From positions 7,539 to 71,538 of the forward strand of contig CANRFG010000002.1 of the NCBI GenBank assembly GCA_947629815.1: 64,000 nucleotides of DNA, read 5' to 3'. The position numbers were made by a program, and so were the translations under genes. Positions 39,589-49,957 of this stretch are shown here, in pieces. Origin of the DNA: an uncultured Bacilli bacterium (GTDB lineage Bacteria > Bacillota_I > Bacilli_A > RF39 > UBA660). The notes under the pieces were generated by a model. The model made no database searches. It was given only the letters and a program-made list of their open reading frames with translations, and was not told the DNA's origin. The first letter of the stretch is position 1; each line of letters begins with the position of its first letter.

Positions 39589-40191
39589 ATGAATAAAAAT
39601 TACAATAAATATGTTGATACCATTTATTTAATAAAAAAACTAGAAGAAGAATTAGATTTACCTTTTTTTGAAATCTTAGAAAAAGTTAAAAAATCTAATA
39701 TTCAAATGGAAGAACAAGAAGTAGATAAATATTTTTATGGTATTGTAAACTTAGATTACTTGAATAAATGTATTTTAATACTTAAAAATAAATGTATAAC
39801 TTTATTAGAATTAATATTAAAATTAGCTAACAATAATATAAGTGATATTGAAAGCGAACTTGATAATTTAGATATAATATTAAATAAAAGAGGAAAAATA
39901 TTGTACAGCGATATTATTAGATTAACAAAACCAACTATATACAATATAAATACATTATTTTGTATGGTTAAAATGTCAAGCGAAAAAGAAACATATATGA
40001 CTGAATTTAATCTTTTAGACTTTGTAAAAGAATATGAAGTGTTTTTATATGATGAATATCCAAGTACTTTATTACAATTTAAAAATATCAATTATGTAAA
40101 AAAGGGATTTATTAATCTAACTAATAATCAAATAGAAGAATCTAAAAAAAGAATAGAAACAAAAGTACTAAGATTAAATAAAAAAGACTAA
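39589..40191 (+). CDS. hypothetical protein (200 aa)
   Basis: ORF with RBS AAGGAG; no recognisable domain. Confidence 0.5.
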   Translation: MNKNYNKYVDTIYLIKKLEEELDLPFFEILEKVKKSNIQMEEQEVDKYFYGIVNLDYLNKCILILKNKCITLLELILKLANNNISDIESELDNLDIILNKRGKILYSDIIRLTKPTIYNINTLFCMVKMSSEKETYMTEFNLLDFVKEYEVFLYDEYPSTLLQFKNINYVKKGFINLTNNQIEESKKRIETKVLRLNKKD

Positions 40192-40307
40192 ATATAATTT
40201 TTTTAGAAATGATGCATATAATGTATTAAAAGTAAATAGTTTTTATTAAAAAAAATAAAAAACTTTTCAAATTTGACAAAAAAGTGTAAATTTGATATAC
40301 TTGATAT

Positions 40308-40933
40308 ATATTGATTGGCACATTATTCTAGTCAATATGATTTATTAGGAAGACGGGGCTAAAAATCCGTTAAAGAGCATATCTGTGAAACTTTTGGTGT
40401 TTGCTTCTTACGCCCAGTTTGGGGTGAATGCTGGAAGGTAGAGTTATGGGCGCACATAATGGCATATGTTTCCGACCCATTCCTCATGGAGACCTAATCT
40501 TGTGGTAAGCATATACACATACCGTTGACTTGACTTACTACGACTTAGGCTTGAACCTACTTTGTGGCGAAAGTTATGAGTAGTGTAGCTTGTCTTGAGT
40601 GGATATTTGGAACGAATGAACAATTTTAAGTAATTTATAGCTAAGATTATTTAAAAATCGCATTCTGAAATTATGTCTGCAAAAAAGAATTATTAATAAA
40701 TCAGTTGGGGAGGAAATCTCCTAGAGTGTCATTGATATAGGATTGCAGTGTGTACTAAGTGGCAATCGAGTAATATAATAGGTAACTATATATCTGCTTT
40801 TTTAAAGGGGAACCGCAAGTATGGTAACATCTTGTAAGAGCAGGGGAAATCCAACTCGACCTAAGACACAAAGTTAACTATATTAATAGCCAGACAAGAG
40901 TTTTAAAGGGGGAAATTACCCTTTTTATTTTTT
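40308..40933 (+). ncRNA. large structured noncoding RNA, about 625 nt; candidate OLE (ornate large extremophilic) RNA
   Basis: ORF-free on both strands and markedly GC-enriched against a 22-25% GC background. It has its own promoter (TTGACA-17-TATACT at 40273-40301) and intrinsic terminator (AAAGGG-N8-CCCTTT + T-run at 40905-40933). The size matches OLE. A small polytopic membrane protein follows immediately, and nusB-xseA-xseB lie adjacent, which is the conserved OLE/oapA neighbourhood. Confidence 0.45.
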
Positions 40934-40950
40934 AATTTCTGAGGTGACTT

Positions 40951-41493
40951 ATGGCAAAAAAGAAAACTAATAACACAAAATGGATAATAAAAATAACTGT
41001 TTTGGCCTTTATAATTTCATTAATATTCTCTTTAATATCAGAACTTGCTTTAAATAATGTTGGTATAATTATTGGAGTTATTGTTTTATTTATATTTATA
41101 TTAATAGGAGTAGTATTTGATATGATAGGTGTTGCAGTTACAGTATGTGATGAAAAACCTATTCATTCCATGAATTCTAGAAAATTAAAAGGCGCTAATG
41201 TAGCAGTTATCCTTAAAAAAAATTCAGCAAAAGTTTCATCTTTTTGTAACGATGTAGTAGGTGATATTTGTGGTATTATATCAGGTTCTGCTGGTATCGT
41301 TATTGCTACAACTATTTCAATTAAACTTAATGTAAATCCATTATATGTAAATTTAATTGTAACAGGTTTAGTAGCTGCGCTTACTATAGGTGGTAAAGCA
41401 ATGGGAAAAGATATAGCTATTAAAAAAAGTAATAATATAATGAATATTTTTTCTAAATTTATTTCTTATTTTTATACTCCAAAAAATAAATAA
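40951..41493 (+). CDS. small polytopic membrane protein, candidate OapA (OLE-associated protein A)
   Basis: 180 aa with four hydrophobic helices and a conserved-looking acidic motif (FDMIGVAVTVCDE). RBS GAGGTGA. Position directly 3-prime of the large ncRNA. Confidence 0.4.
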   Translation: MAKKKTNNTKWIIKITVLAFIISLIFSLISELALNNVGIIIGVIVLFIFILIGVVFDMIGVAVTVCDEKPIHSMNSRKLKGANVAVILKKNSAKVSSFCNDVVGDICGIISGSAGIVIATTISIKLNVNPLYVNLIVTGLVAALTIGGKAMGKDIAIKKSNNIMNIFSKFISYFYTPKNK

Positions 41494-41554
41494 AAATTAT
41501 TTAAAATTTATAGATTTTATAAATGTCTTTTGATAAAATAAAATAGGTGGTTAT

Positions 41555-41956
41555 ATGATGCAATTAAATAGAAGTGAATTAAGAGTAAAAATAATGACAA
41601 TTTTATATCAAATAAGTATATATGAAAAAAATAAAATAAAATATAATTTAGACGATATTTTTAAAGAAACACTTGATATAGATAATGAATTTGTTAAAGA
41701 AACTGTATATGGAGTAATTACATATAAAAATGAAATAGATAAAATCGCAAATGAAAATATGAAAGATTGGACAATAGATAGATTAGGATATACTGACCAA
41801 GCTATACTTAGAATGGGGATATTCGAGTTATTATATACAGAAACACCAGATATAGTCGCTATAAATGAGGCTGTAGAACTTGCTAAACAATATAGTGATG
41901 ACAAAGTTAAAAACATGATAAATGGTGTTATGGATAGTATTCTTCATAACAAATAG
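41555..41956 (+). CDS. nusB: transcription antitermination factor NusB
   Basis: NusB fold motifs (RVKIMTILYQ, DRLGYTDQAILRMGIFELLY, INEAVELAKQY). Confidence 0.88.
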   Translation: MMQLNRSELRVKIMTILYQISIYEKNKIKYNLDDIFKETLDIDNEFVKETVYGVITYKNEIDKIANENMKDWTIDRLGYTDQAILRMGIFELLYTETPDIVAINEAVELAKQYSDDKVKNMINGVMDSILHNK

Positions 41957-41964
41957 GTGATGAT

Positions 41965-43233
41965 ATGAATGATGTAAGTAAATATTTAACTGTTACTGCA
42001 CTAACAAGATATATCAAATATAAAATAGATAATGACGAAAACTTAAGATTAGTTTTTTTAAAAGGAGAAATTTCAAATTTTAAAGAACATACAACAGGAC
42101 ATTTATATTTTTCTGTAAAAGATGAAACAAGTAAAATAAACGCTATTATGTTTAGTTCAAATGCTAAAAAAATAGGATTTAAAATTACAGATGGTATGAA
42201 AGTATTGATAGTTGGTAGAATCAGTGTATATGAGGCAACAGGTAACTATCAAATATATGTTGATGAAATGATGGAAGATGGTATAGGAAATCTATATTTA
42301 GAATTTGAAAAATTAAAGAAAAAACTTTCAGAAGAAGGATTATTTGATAAAGAAAAGAAAAAACCAATACCTAAATTTCCAGAAAAAATAGGTATTGTTA
42401 CTGCTTCTACAGGAGCTGCTATAAAAGATATAATTTCTACAATAAAAAGAAGATATCCTATATGTAAAACATATTTATTTCCAAGTTTAGTTCAAGGTGA
42501 AAATGCAGCAGATGATATAGTTAATAAAATATCTACTGCTCAACTTTATGATTTAGACATATTAATAATTGGTAGAGGTGGAGGCTCTATAGAGGATTTA
42601 TGGCCTTTTAATGAAGAGAAAGTAGCGCGTGCAATATTTTCATCAAAAATACCTACAATAAGCGCTGTTGGGCATGAAATTGACTTTACAATAGCAGATT
42701 TTGTTGCAGATTTACGAGCCCCTACACCAACAGGAGCGGCTGAAATGGCTGTTCCTAATATTACAGATGTTGTAAAACATATAAACAATTTAAATATTAG
42801 AATAAATGAAAGTATAAATACTAAGATAAATTATCAAAAATTAAAAGTTGATTCTTTGAGAAACTCATTTATACTTAAAAATCCAATGTTAATTTATGAA
42901 AACAAAAAACAAAAACTTGATTTATTATTTGAAAACTTAAATAAAAATATTTTCATAAATTTATCTAATAAACGACTTTTAATAGATAATTTTAAAAATA
43001 ATTATATAATTAAAAATCCAAATATTTTATATGAAAAACAAAAAGATAAATTATTAAATATAATACAAAAACTTGAACTTGTTAATCCACTAAGTATACT
43101 TAAAAAAGGATATACTTTAACATATAAAGAAAACAAGTTAATTAAATCAGTTAAAGATATAAATAAAGATGAAATAATAAAAATTAAATTACATGATGGA
43201 TTAATTACATCAAAAGTAATAGATAAGGAGTAA
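41965..43233 (+). CDS. xseA: exodeoxyribonuclease VII large subunit
   Basis: OB-fold N-terminus (VFLKGEISNFKEHTTGHLYFSVKDE) and catalytic core (RGGGSIEDLWPFNEE). Confidence 0.9.
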   Translation: MNDVSKYLTVTALTRYIKYKIDNDENLRLVFLKGEISNFKEHTTGHLYFSVKDETSKINAIMFSSNAKKIGFKITDGMKVLIVGRISVYEATGNYQIYVDEMMEDGIGNLYLEFEKLKKKLSEEGLFDKEKKKPIPKFPEKIGIVTASTGAAIKDIISTIKRRYPICKTYLFPSLVQGENAADDIVNKISTAQLYDLDILIIGRGGGSIEDLWPFNEEKVARAIFSSKIPTISAVGHEIDFTIADFVADLRAPTPTGAAEMAVPNITDVVKHINNLNIRINESINTKINYQKLKVDSLRNSFILKNPMLIYENKKQKLDLLFENLNKNIFINLSNKRLLIDNFKNNYIIKNPNILYEKQKDKLLNIIQKLELVNPLSILKKGYTLTYKENKLIKSVKDINKDEIIKIKLHDGLITSKVIDKE

Positions 43234-43234
43234 T

Positions 43235-43456
43235 ATGACAAAAGAAAAAAAATTCGAAGAAAAAATGGAAGAATTAGAAAACATAGTAAATGAACTTGAA
43301 AATGGAAACACAGATTTAGATGATTCAATAAATAAATATACTAAGGCTATGCAATTAATAAAAGAATGCGACGAGAAATTAAAAAATGTCGAAGAACAAG
43401 TAAATAAAATAGTACTTGAAAATGGCGAAATTAAAGATTTTAATATAGAAGAATAG
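43235..43456 (+). CDS. xseB: exodeoxyribonuclease VII small subunit
   Basis: 73-aa coiled-coil protein with the XseB signature (FEEKMEELENIVNELENG); translationally coupled to xseA. Confidence 0.85.
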   Translation: MTKEKKFEEKMEELENIVNELENGNTDLDDSINKYTKAMQLIKECDEKLKNVEEQVNKIVLENGEIKDFNIEE

Positions 43457-43543
43457 GCAAATTTTTGATTTGTCTTTTTTTATAAAAAGAATTTACTATA
43501 TTAAAATTATTTGATATAATACATATACAAAATTTTATTAAAG

Positions 43544-44605
43544 GTGTTTAAAATGAAAAAATATGAATTATCAATTAAAGATTATGATTGGTTGAAAAAA
43601 ATAATTAATATTAGTATTTCAATAAAAAAATTGTATGATAATCTAATTAAATTAGAAGTATTAGGTAATAAAAATACAGATGAATATTTAAAATACTTAA
43701 ATTATTTAGATATTGGTATTGAAATAGAAGATAAAATATATAAAGAAGCAAACTTAAATTTTCCAAAAAGTGATGCTCTTGCTGGTTTTTTAAATGGTTT
43801 TTTAGTTGAAAAAAACTTGAATAAAAATGTATTAGCAAGAGATTTAGATATTAATAATAAAAATATACTACCAAAAGATTTAGATATAGTTTTAATGCGT
43901 ATAATCTCTGTATTAGTTTATAATTGTATTTCTGATTATGAATCTATTCAAAAGATGTCTAATAATGACTTAAAAGAATTAAAAGAAACATTTGGTATAA
44001 AAAACTTAGTTGGTTTATCCATTTATAGTGGAATTGAATTAAAAAAATCACTTGATAAAGATTCTAATATGGGTTTTCTTACTTTTTTACAAGAATTTAT
44101 AAAAGATAATAATTATTCTAGTTTTAAAGAAGATTTAATTGAATATAAATATTATAATATATTTATGAATAAAAATGTTGAAAATTATATAAAAGAAAAT
44201 CATTTTGAAATACCTAAATTTTATACTAATTCTAGATTTATAGCAGATTTAACTAGAACTGATTTATATTTATATCAACTATTTAAAAATAATTATGCAA
44301 ATAGAATTGCAATGGAATCTATTTTAAATATTTTAGAAATTTCAGATAGTGATTATATGAAAACCAATGAATCTATCTTTTCAATTTTAAATCAATGTTA
44401 TTTGCGTTCTTCACTTTTACAAATGAACGATGATTATATAAGTGATTCTAATTATGCTTTTCATGAATTTGTAGAAGGTAAAGAATATAATAAAAATTAT
44501 CCTGAACATAATATAAGTGAACAAATAATAATAAGTTGTTTTAAAGGAATTAAAAAAGACAGAGAAAAACAATTTGAAGTGTCAATTAGATATAGAAAAA
44601 AATAA
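43544..44605 (+). CDS. hypothetical protein (353 aa) occupying the position where ispA lies in Bacillus; no polyprenyl-synthase DDxxD motifs
   Basis: Long ORF; no recognisable domain. Confidence 0.5.
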   Translation: MFKMKKYELSIKDYDWLKKIINISISIKKLYDNLIKLEVLGNKNTDEYLKYLNYLDIGIEIEDKIYKEANLNFPKSDALAGFLNGFLVEKNLNKNVLARDLDINNKNILPKDLDIVLMRIISVLVYNCISDYESIQKMSNNDLKELKETFGIKNLVGLSIYSGIELKKSLDKDSNMGFLTFLQEFIKDNNYSSFKEDLIEYKYYNIFMNKNVENYIKENHFEIPKFYTNSRFIADLTRTDLYLYQLFKNNYANRIAMESILNILEISDSDYMKTNESIFSILNQCYLRSSLLQMNDDYISDSNYAFHEFVEGKEYNKNYPEHNISEQIIISCFKGIKKDREKQFEVSIRYRKK

Positions 44606-44725
44606 AATTTTATTTTAAATAATTTTAACTTTAAGCTACATAATAATAATGTAGCTTATTATTTTTTACTAATGCCATATAATTAAATCCATACACATAA
44701 TTTTATTAGAAGGAGTTGTTTAAAA

Positions 44726-45712
44726 ATGATTTTAAAAAAATCCTTTACAAACTTACTAATTCTTCTAACATTATTTATTATTCCGATTAAAGCATCTGGT
44801 TATTCAGATTATCTAATAGTTGGAGGAGAAAATGTAGGTATCAAACTAAATTCTAAAGGTGTTATGGTAGTTGGACTATATACAATTAATAATATTTCTC
44901 CAGCAAAAGACGCAGGAATAAAAGTAGGGGATACTATAACAAGTATTAACGATAAAAAAGTATCCAATGTGTATGATATGACATCTCAAATATCAAAATA
45001 TGTTGATGAAACAATAAAAATTGGATATGTTAGAGATGACATAGAAAAATATGCAAATATAAAACTTGTAAAAACAGATAATGAATATAAAACAGGTATG
45101 TATATAAAAGATAATATAACAGGTATAGGAACACTTACATATATAGACCCTAATACAAAATTATTTGGTGCTTTAGGGCATGAAATAATTGAGAAAAATA
45201 CAAACAAAATATTAGATTCAAATAATGGTATAATATTTGATTCTACTGTTACAAGTATTAAATCAAGTACATCTGGAAATCCTGGAGAAAAAAACGCAAA
45301 ATTAGAACCTGATGATACTAAGGGAACTATTTTTGAAAATACAAGTCATGGAATATTTGGTAATTATACAGATACCTTACCAAATAAAAAATTATATAAA
45401 GTTGCTTCAATAGATGATATTAAAACAGGGGAGGCTAGTATATTTACTGTACTAGAAAACAAAGAAATAGGACAATATGATATCAATATTACAAATATAA
45501 ATAAAACTTCTAATAATACTAAAAATATACAATTTGAAATAACAGATGAAGAACTTTTAGAAAAAACAGGTGGAATTGTTCAAGGAATGAGTGGTTCACC
45601 AATAGTTCAAGGAGATTATATAGTTGGAGCTGTAACACATGTTATAATAGATAATCCAACAAATGGGTATGGAATATTTATAACTAATATGCTAGAAGAA
45701 GCAGAGAATTAA
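44726..45712 (+). CDS. spoIVB: SpoIVB peptidase (S55) with PDZ domain
   Basis: Signal peptide, PDZ region, and S55 catalytic motifs (GIGTLTYIDP..FGALGHEI, GIVQGMSGSPIV). Confidence 0.85.
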   Translation: MILKKSFTNLLILLTLFIIPIKASGYSDYLIVGGENVGIKLNSKGVMVVGLYTINNISPAKDAGIKVGDTITSINDKKVSNVYDMTSQISKYVDETIKIGYVRDDIEKYANIKLVKTDNEYKTGMYIKDNITGIGTLTYIDPNTKLFGALGHEIIEKNTNKILDSNNGIIFDSTVTSIKSSTSGNPGEKNAKLEPDDTKGTIFENTSHGIFGNYTDTLPNKKLYKVASIDDIKTGEASIFTVLENKEIGQYDINITNINKTSNNTKNIQFEITDEELLEKTGGIVQGMSGSPIVQGDYIVGAVTHVIIDNPTNGYGIFITNMLEEAEN

Positions 45713-45757
45713 GAGATTATTCTCTTTTTTCTTGTAAAAAAAATCTACTTATGTAGA

Positions 45758-46450
45758 TTAATTTTTAATTATGTCATTATATTCTTGTTCATCAATATAG
45801 TTGTATTCCCTCATTGCGCTTATAACATGTTTTTGTCTTTGATAAGCAAGTTCTGGATTAACATCTAATGAATATACAGATGGAGCATTTGGAATTCCTG
45901 CTAATAAAGATGCTTCATTTAAGTTAAGTTCAATTGGTTTCTTATTAAAATAACCTTTACTAGCAGAAGAAACACTATAATATCCACTTCCATAATAAAT
46001 AGTATTTATATATAATTCTAAAATTTCATTTTTACTTAAATTTTTTTCTAAATTATATGCCATAAACATTTCAGCAACTTTTCTAACCATTTTTTTCTCT
46101 TGAGTAAAATACATATTTTTTGCTAACTGCTGTGTAATAGAGCTACCACCTGTTACATAAGCTCCTTTTTTAACATTAGTAAATATTGCCTTTACAGTAG
46201 AAATTAAATCAACTCCATTATGAGTATAAAATCTATGGTCTTCAACTGCAACAATTGCTTCTTTAAAATATGGTGATACATCTTCTATTTTAGTATAATC
46301 ACTTTTACTTTTAATTTCATTTATTTTAATATCTAAAGGTGTTTCTTTAAGTACTTGTTTATATAAATTATATCCACTAATTAAAAAATAACCACATATA
46401 CAAATAAATACTAAAAACAAACTTAATATAATTGTTTTAATAACTTTCAT
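45758..46450 (-). CDS. monofunctional peptidoglycan glycosyltransferase (GT51 transglycosylase domain, membrane-anchored)
   Basis: GT51 motifs EDHRFYTHNGVD, GGSSITQQLAKN and INTIYYGSG. Confidence 0.82.
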   Translation of the reverse strand: MKVIKTIILSLFLVFICICGYFLISGYNLYKQVLKETPLDIKINEIKSKSDYTKIEDVSPYFKEAIVAVEDHRFYTHNGVDLISTVKAIFTNVKKGAYVTGGSSITQQLAKNMYFTQEKKMVRKVAEMFMAYNLEKNLSKNEILELYINTIYYGSGYYSVSSASKGYFNKKPIELNLNEASLLAGIPNAPSVYSLDVNPELAYQRQKHVISAMREYNYIDEQEYNDIIKN

Positions 46451-46481
46451 AAAACACCTTCTTTCATTAAATTAAAAAAGC

Positions 46482-46574
46482 CTATGGCCTAACAAATATA
46501 ATTGATATTACAAATGATGCTACAATAGCGAAAAGCATTAAATATATTACAATTTTTTGTGTCTTTGGTTTCAT
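46482..46574 (-). CDS. possible 30-aa membrane micro-peptide (MKPKTQKIVIYLMLFAIVASFVISIIFVRP)
   Basis: RBS GAGGTGAATTAC before the ATG; a single TM helix; not in the ORF track (below its length cutoff). Confidence 0.3.
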   Translation of the reverse strand: MKPKTQKIVIYLMLFAIVASFVISIIFVRP

Positions 46575-46663
46575 GTAATTCACCTCTAGTAATAATTATA
46601 ATATAAATTTTAATATTTTGGAATATTATTTTAAATTTTAAATAAGATTTATTAGGTGATTAA

Positions 46664-47293
46664 ATGAAAAAATATTTGGACAAGTTTAAAGGACTAATTA
46701 AATTAAACAAAAAAACACTACTTTTTTTTACTATTTTATTAATAATAGGAATATTATCAGGTTCTATATTTATGGCAATATTAAATGATACTGATAAACA
46801 ATTAATAAATGAATATTTTAATAATTTTATCTCTAATATTGAAAATAATAATTTGAATTATTTTGAAGCAATTAAAAATGGTTTATTTAATAACTTATTA
46901 TATATTTTAATTATATGGATATTAGGTATTTCAGTAATAGGTATTCCAATAGTAATATTAATGTTTTTTGTAAAAAGTTTTACTTTAGGTTTTTCTATTT
47001 CTAGTATAATATTTAATTATAAATTTAAAGGTTGTTTACTAAGTTTTATAAATATATTTCCACATCAAATACTTAATTTTTTAGTTTATATAATTCTTAC
47101 TACTTATTCTATTTTTCTTTCACTTAGAATAATAAATTCGATAATTAAAAAGAAAACAATAGATTTTAGAATGATAATGAATAAATACATTAAAGTATTA
47201 ATATTTTCAGTTATAGTAATTGTAATTTCTATTATTATAGAAGTATTTTTAACTCCAATTTTAATAAAGTTAATAATACCTTTTATAAAATAA
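46664..47293 (+). CDS. stage II sporulation protein M-like polytopic membrane protein
   Basis: 209 aa with five TM helices in a SpoIIM-like topology; weak similarity only. Confidence 0.45.
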   Translation: MKKYLDKFKGLIKLNKKTLLFFTILLIIGILSGSIFMAILNDTDKQLINEYFNNFISNIENNNLNYFEAIKNGLFNNLLYILIIWILGISVIGIPIVILMFFVKSFTLGFSISSIIFNYKFKGCLLSFINIFPHQILNFLVYIILTTYSIFLSLRIINSIIKKKTIDFRMIMNKYIKVLIFSVIVIVISIIIEVFLTPILIKLIIPFIK

Positions 47294-47314
47294 TTATAAA
47301 TAGAAAGGGATTTT

Positions 47315-47818
47315 ATGAAAAACTCATATACATTAAAAGAAATAATATTTGGATTAAGAGATAATTATTTAACAAATCATAATTTAAGTTTTAATCATAA
47401 CATTACTTATTTACTTATAGATGAAATAATTTCAATATATGGAAATTGGTGCAAAAGAATATTTGTTTACAATAATAAATTAGAAATTAAATTATATAAT
47501 GAATTTGGACAATATCTTGATAAATTTAATATTACATATGACGCTATAAACGATAAATTAATTTTTAATTTACATATTAAAAATAAAGCTTACTATATAT
47601 CACACGATTCAAAATTAATAGATATTTTATTAAATAAAAAACTAATCAAAACAAAAATTCCTACAAATTATAGAAATATTATAGATAATAGCGAAAATGC
47701 AAAAAAACAAATATATATAGATAAATCATTACATTCTTATGATAAAACAATTAGTTATTTAATTAATGATGAAATAAATGATAAAAAAATAAAGCTTATA
47801 AAAAAAAGCAATTTATAA
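47315..47818 (+). CDS. hypothetical protein (167 aa)
   Basis: ORF with RBS AAAGGGA. Confidence 0.5.
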   Translation: MKNSYTLKEIIFGLRDNYLTNHNLSFNHNITYLLIDEIISIYGNWCKRIFVYNNKLEIKLYNEFGQYLDKFNITYDAINDKLIFNLHIKNKAYYISHDSKLIDILLNKKLIKTKIPTNYRNIIDNSENAKKQIYIDKSLHSYDKTISYLINDEINDKKIKLIKKSNL

Positions 47819-47887
47819 GTTTTTTTATATAATTAATAAAATATACTATTTAAAAACACTTATGTTATAATATTAATGGTGGTATTT

Positions 47888-48991
47888 ATGAAAAAAGTTG
47901 TTATAGGAATGAGTGGTGGAGTAGATAGTAGTGTTGCTGCTATAAAATTACTTGAGCAAGGATATGAAGTAATAGGTCTTTTTATGCGAAATTGGGACGC
48001 TTCTTTAAATAATGATATATTAGGTAATCCAACTTTAAATGAAAATATATGTCCACAAGAACAGGATTATAATGATGCTTTAGAAGTTTGTAAAAAATTA
48101 TCTATCCCACTTCATAGAATAGATTTTGTAAAAGAATATTGGGATTATGTATTTACTTACTTTTTAGATGAATTAAAAAAAGGAAGAACTCCTAATCCTG
48201 ATATAATGTGTAACAAATATATAAAATTTGATATGTTTGTAAAAGAAGCTAAAAAATTAGGTGCGGACTTTATCGCAACAGGTCATTATGCTAGAATAAA
48301 AGATAATAAATTATTAAGAGCAATCGATAGTAATAAAGACCAAACATATTTTTTATCACAATTATCTAAAAAACAATTAGAAAATGTTTTATTTCCAATT
48401 GGAGACTTAGAAAAAAAAGAAGTAAGGGAAATTGCTTTAAAACACGATTTAATAACTGCTAAAAAGAAAGATTCAACAGGAATATGTTTTATAGGAGAAA
48501 GAAATTTTAAAAACTTTTTAAAAAATTATTTACCAAATACTCCTGGTAAAATGATAAATATAGAAACAAACGAGGTAGTAGGGGAGCATATAGGATTAAT
48601 GTATTATACAATTGGTCAAAGAAAAGGTCTTGATGTAGGTGGTACAAAAGAAAGATTATTTGTTGTTGGAAAAGACTTAGAAAAAAATATTTTGTATGTA
48701 GATGAAGGAGAAGATAACGAGTATTTGATATCAGATAGCGCAATTATAGAAAATGTAAATTGGATTTCTGATAAAAAAATAAATAAATGTACTGCTAAAT
48801 TTAGATATCGTCAACCTGATAATGATGTTACATTAGAATTTATAAATGATGAAATATTAGTAAAATATCCACAAGGAGTTAAAGCAGTTACTCCAGGACA
48901 AGCATGTGTATTTTACGATAATGAAGAATGTTTAGGTGGAGGAATTATAAAAGAAGTAAGAAAAAATGGCCAAAAATTATGGTATTTGTAA
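47888..48991 (+). CDS. mnmA: tRNA-specific 2-thiouridylase MnmA
   Basis: PP-loop [15 protein letters not shown] and catalytic Cys motifs (GICFIGE). The ATG at 47888 has RBS GGTGGTA. Confidence 0.92.
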   Translation: MKKVVIGMSGGVDSSVAAIKLLEQGYEVIGLFMRNWDASLNNDILGNPTLNENICPQEQDYNDALEVCKKLSIPLHRIDFVKEYWDYVFTYFLDELKKGRTPNPDIMCNKYIKFDMFVKEAKKLGADFIATGHYARIKDNKLLRAIDSNKDQTYFLSQLSKKQLENVLFPIGDLEKKEVREIALKHDLITAKKKDSTGICFIGERNFKNFLKNYLPNTPGKMINIETNEVVGEHIGLMYYTIGQRKGLDVGGTKERLFVVGKDLEKNILYVDEGEDNEYLISDSAIIENVNWISDKKINKCTAKFRYRQPDNDVTLEFINDEILVKYPQGVKAVTPGQACVFYDNEECLGGGIIKEVRKNGQKLWYL

Positions 48992-49060
48992 ATATACTAT
49001 CACTTTACACTTGACATTTGACTATTAAGTGTTAAAATGATAATAGGAGGTTTTAATAAC

Positions 49061-49837
49061 ATGGAGAGATTAAATGAAATATTAAGAGAATTAGGAATTT
49101 CTAAAGTAAAACTTGCTAAATTTTTAGGTGTATCTAGACAAATGATTTATAATTATTTAGAATTAGATGACATAAACAAATGGCCAAAAGATAAAAAAGT
49201 ATTATTATTAAATTTATTAGGTATAAAATCACCTGATGAGATAAAAAATATTAAAGTAGATACTGATTATATTATGGATGTAGAAACAAGAATTAATAGC
49301 CTTTTTGAAAATTCAATGAGAAATCAAATGTCAGATACTGATATTTATGAAGGACTTGGAAAAAAAGAAAGAGAACTATTAGATAATATTATAAGTATCG
49401 TTAAAGAAAAATTAGAAGATGATAATGACGATTCTTATTATTCAGTTAAATATATGTATAACTATATGCAATCTATTGACACTTCAAAAGAATTAAAATA
49501 TATTTTAGCATATGTTGCAAAAGCTGCTGGATTTGAAAAGCCATTAGAATTTGTATTTAACCAAGATGAACAATTTGTATTTGAAAGTATACTTTTTTCA
49601 GCGCTTACATTATTTAATAGTGGTGGTTCTTCTAAAACTAAGATTATCGAATGTCATAAGAGGTTTGTATCTCAAATAGAACATAAAGTTGAAGAAAAAA
49701 TGAGTCGTACTATGGAACTTAATACAATTAAAGTTCAAGCTTTAAAAGAACTTGGATATACAGAAATAACTGAAAAAAATGCTGCAGAAGTATTTGAAAA
49801 GATAGCAGAAATACAATCAAGAAAGATAAGTAGTTAA
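49061..49837 (+). CDS. XRE-family helix-turn-helix transcriptional regulator (258 aa) with helical C-terminal domain
   Basis: HTH segment LNEILRELGISKVKLAKFLGVSRQMIYNYLEL. RBS AGGAGG lies 10 nt before the ATG at 49061. The promoter TTGACA overlaps an inverted copy of the GTGTAAAGTG motif. Confidence 0.7.
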   Translation: MERLNEILRELGISKVKLAKFLGVSRQMIYNYLELDDINKWPKDKKVLLLNLLGIKSPDEIKNIKVDTDYIMDVETRINSLFENSMRNQMSDTDIYEGLGKKERELLDNIISIVKEKLEDDNDDSYYSVKYMYNYMQSIDTSKELKYILAYVAKAAGFEKPLEFVFNQDEQFVFESILFSALTLFNSGGSSKTKIIECHKRFVSQIEHKVEEKMSRTMELNTIKVQALKELGYTEITEKNAAEVFEKIAEIQSRKISS

Positions 49838-49957
49838 GGTAATTTTATAGAGAAGTTAACATAATATTAATTATACGAAGTTATAAAAACTTCTTTTTTT
49901 ATATGTTTTTAAGTATATTATATTATATATTACAAATAATATTATTGGGTGATTAAA

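Noticed and set aside
40308-40933. Tested whether the large ncRNA could be RNase P RNA, tmRNA or a group II intron
   Set aside because: It lacks the RNase P P4 sequence GGAAAGUCC (only a partial resemblance to the GGGUGAAA..GGUAAGAG..GCAC region at 40420-40460). It has no tmRNA tag ORF or tRNA-like 3-prime end (GGUUCGAxUCC..CCA), and no intron domain V. All three were therefore rejected.
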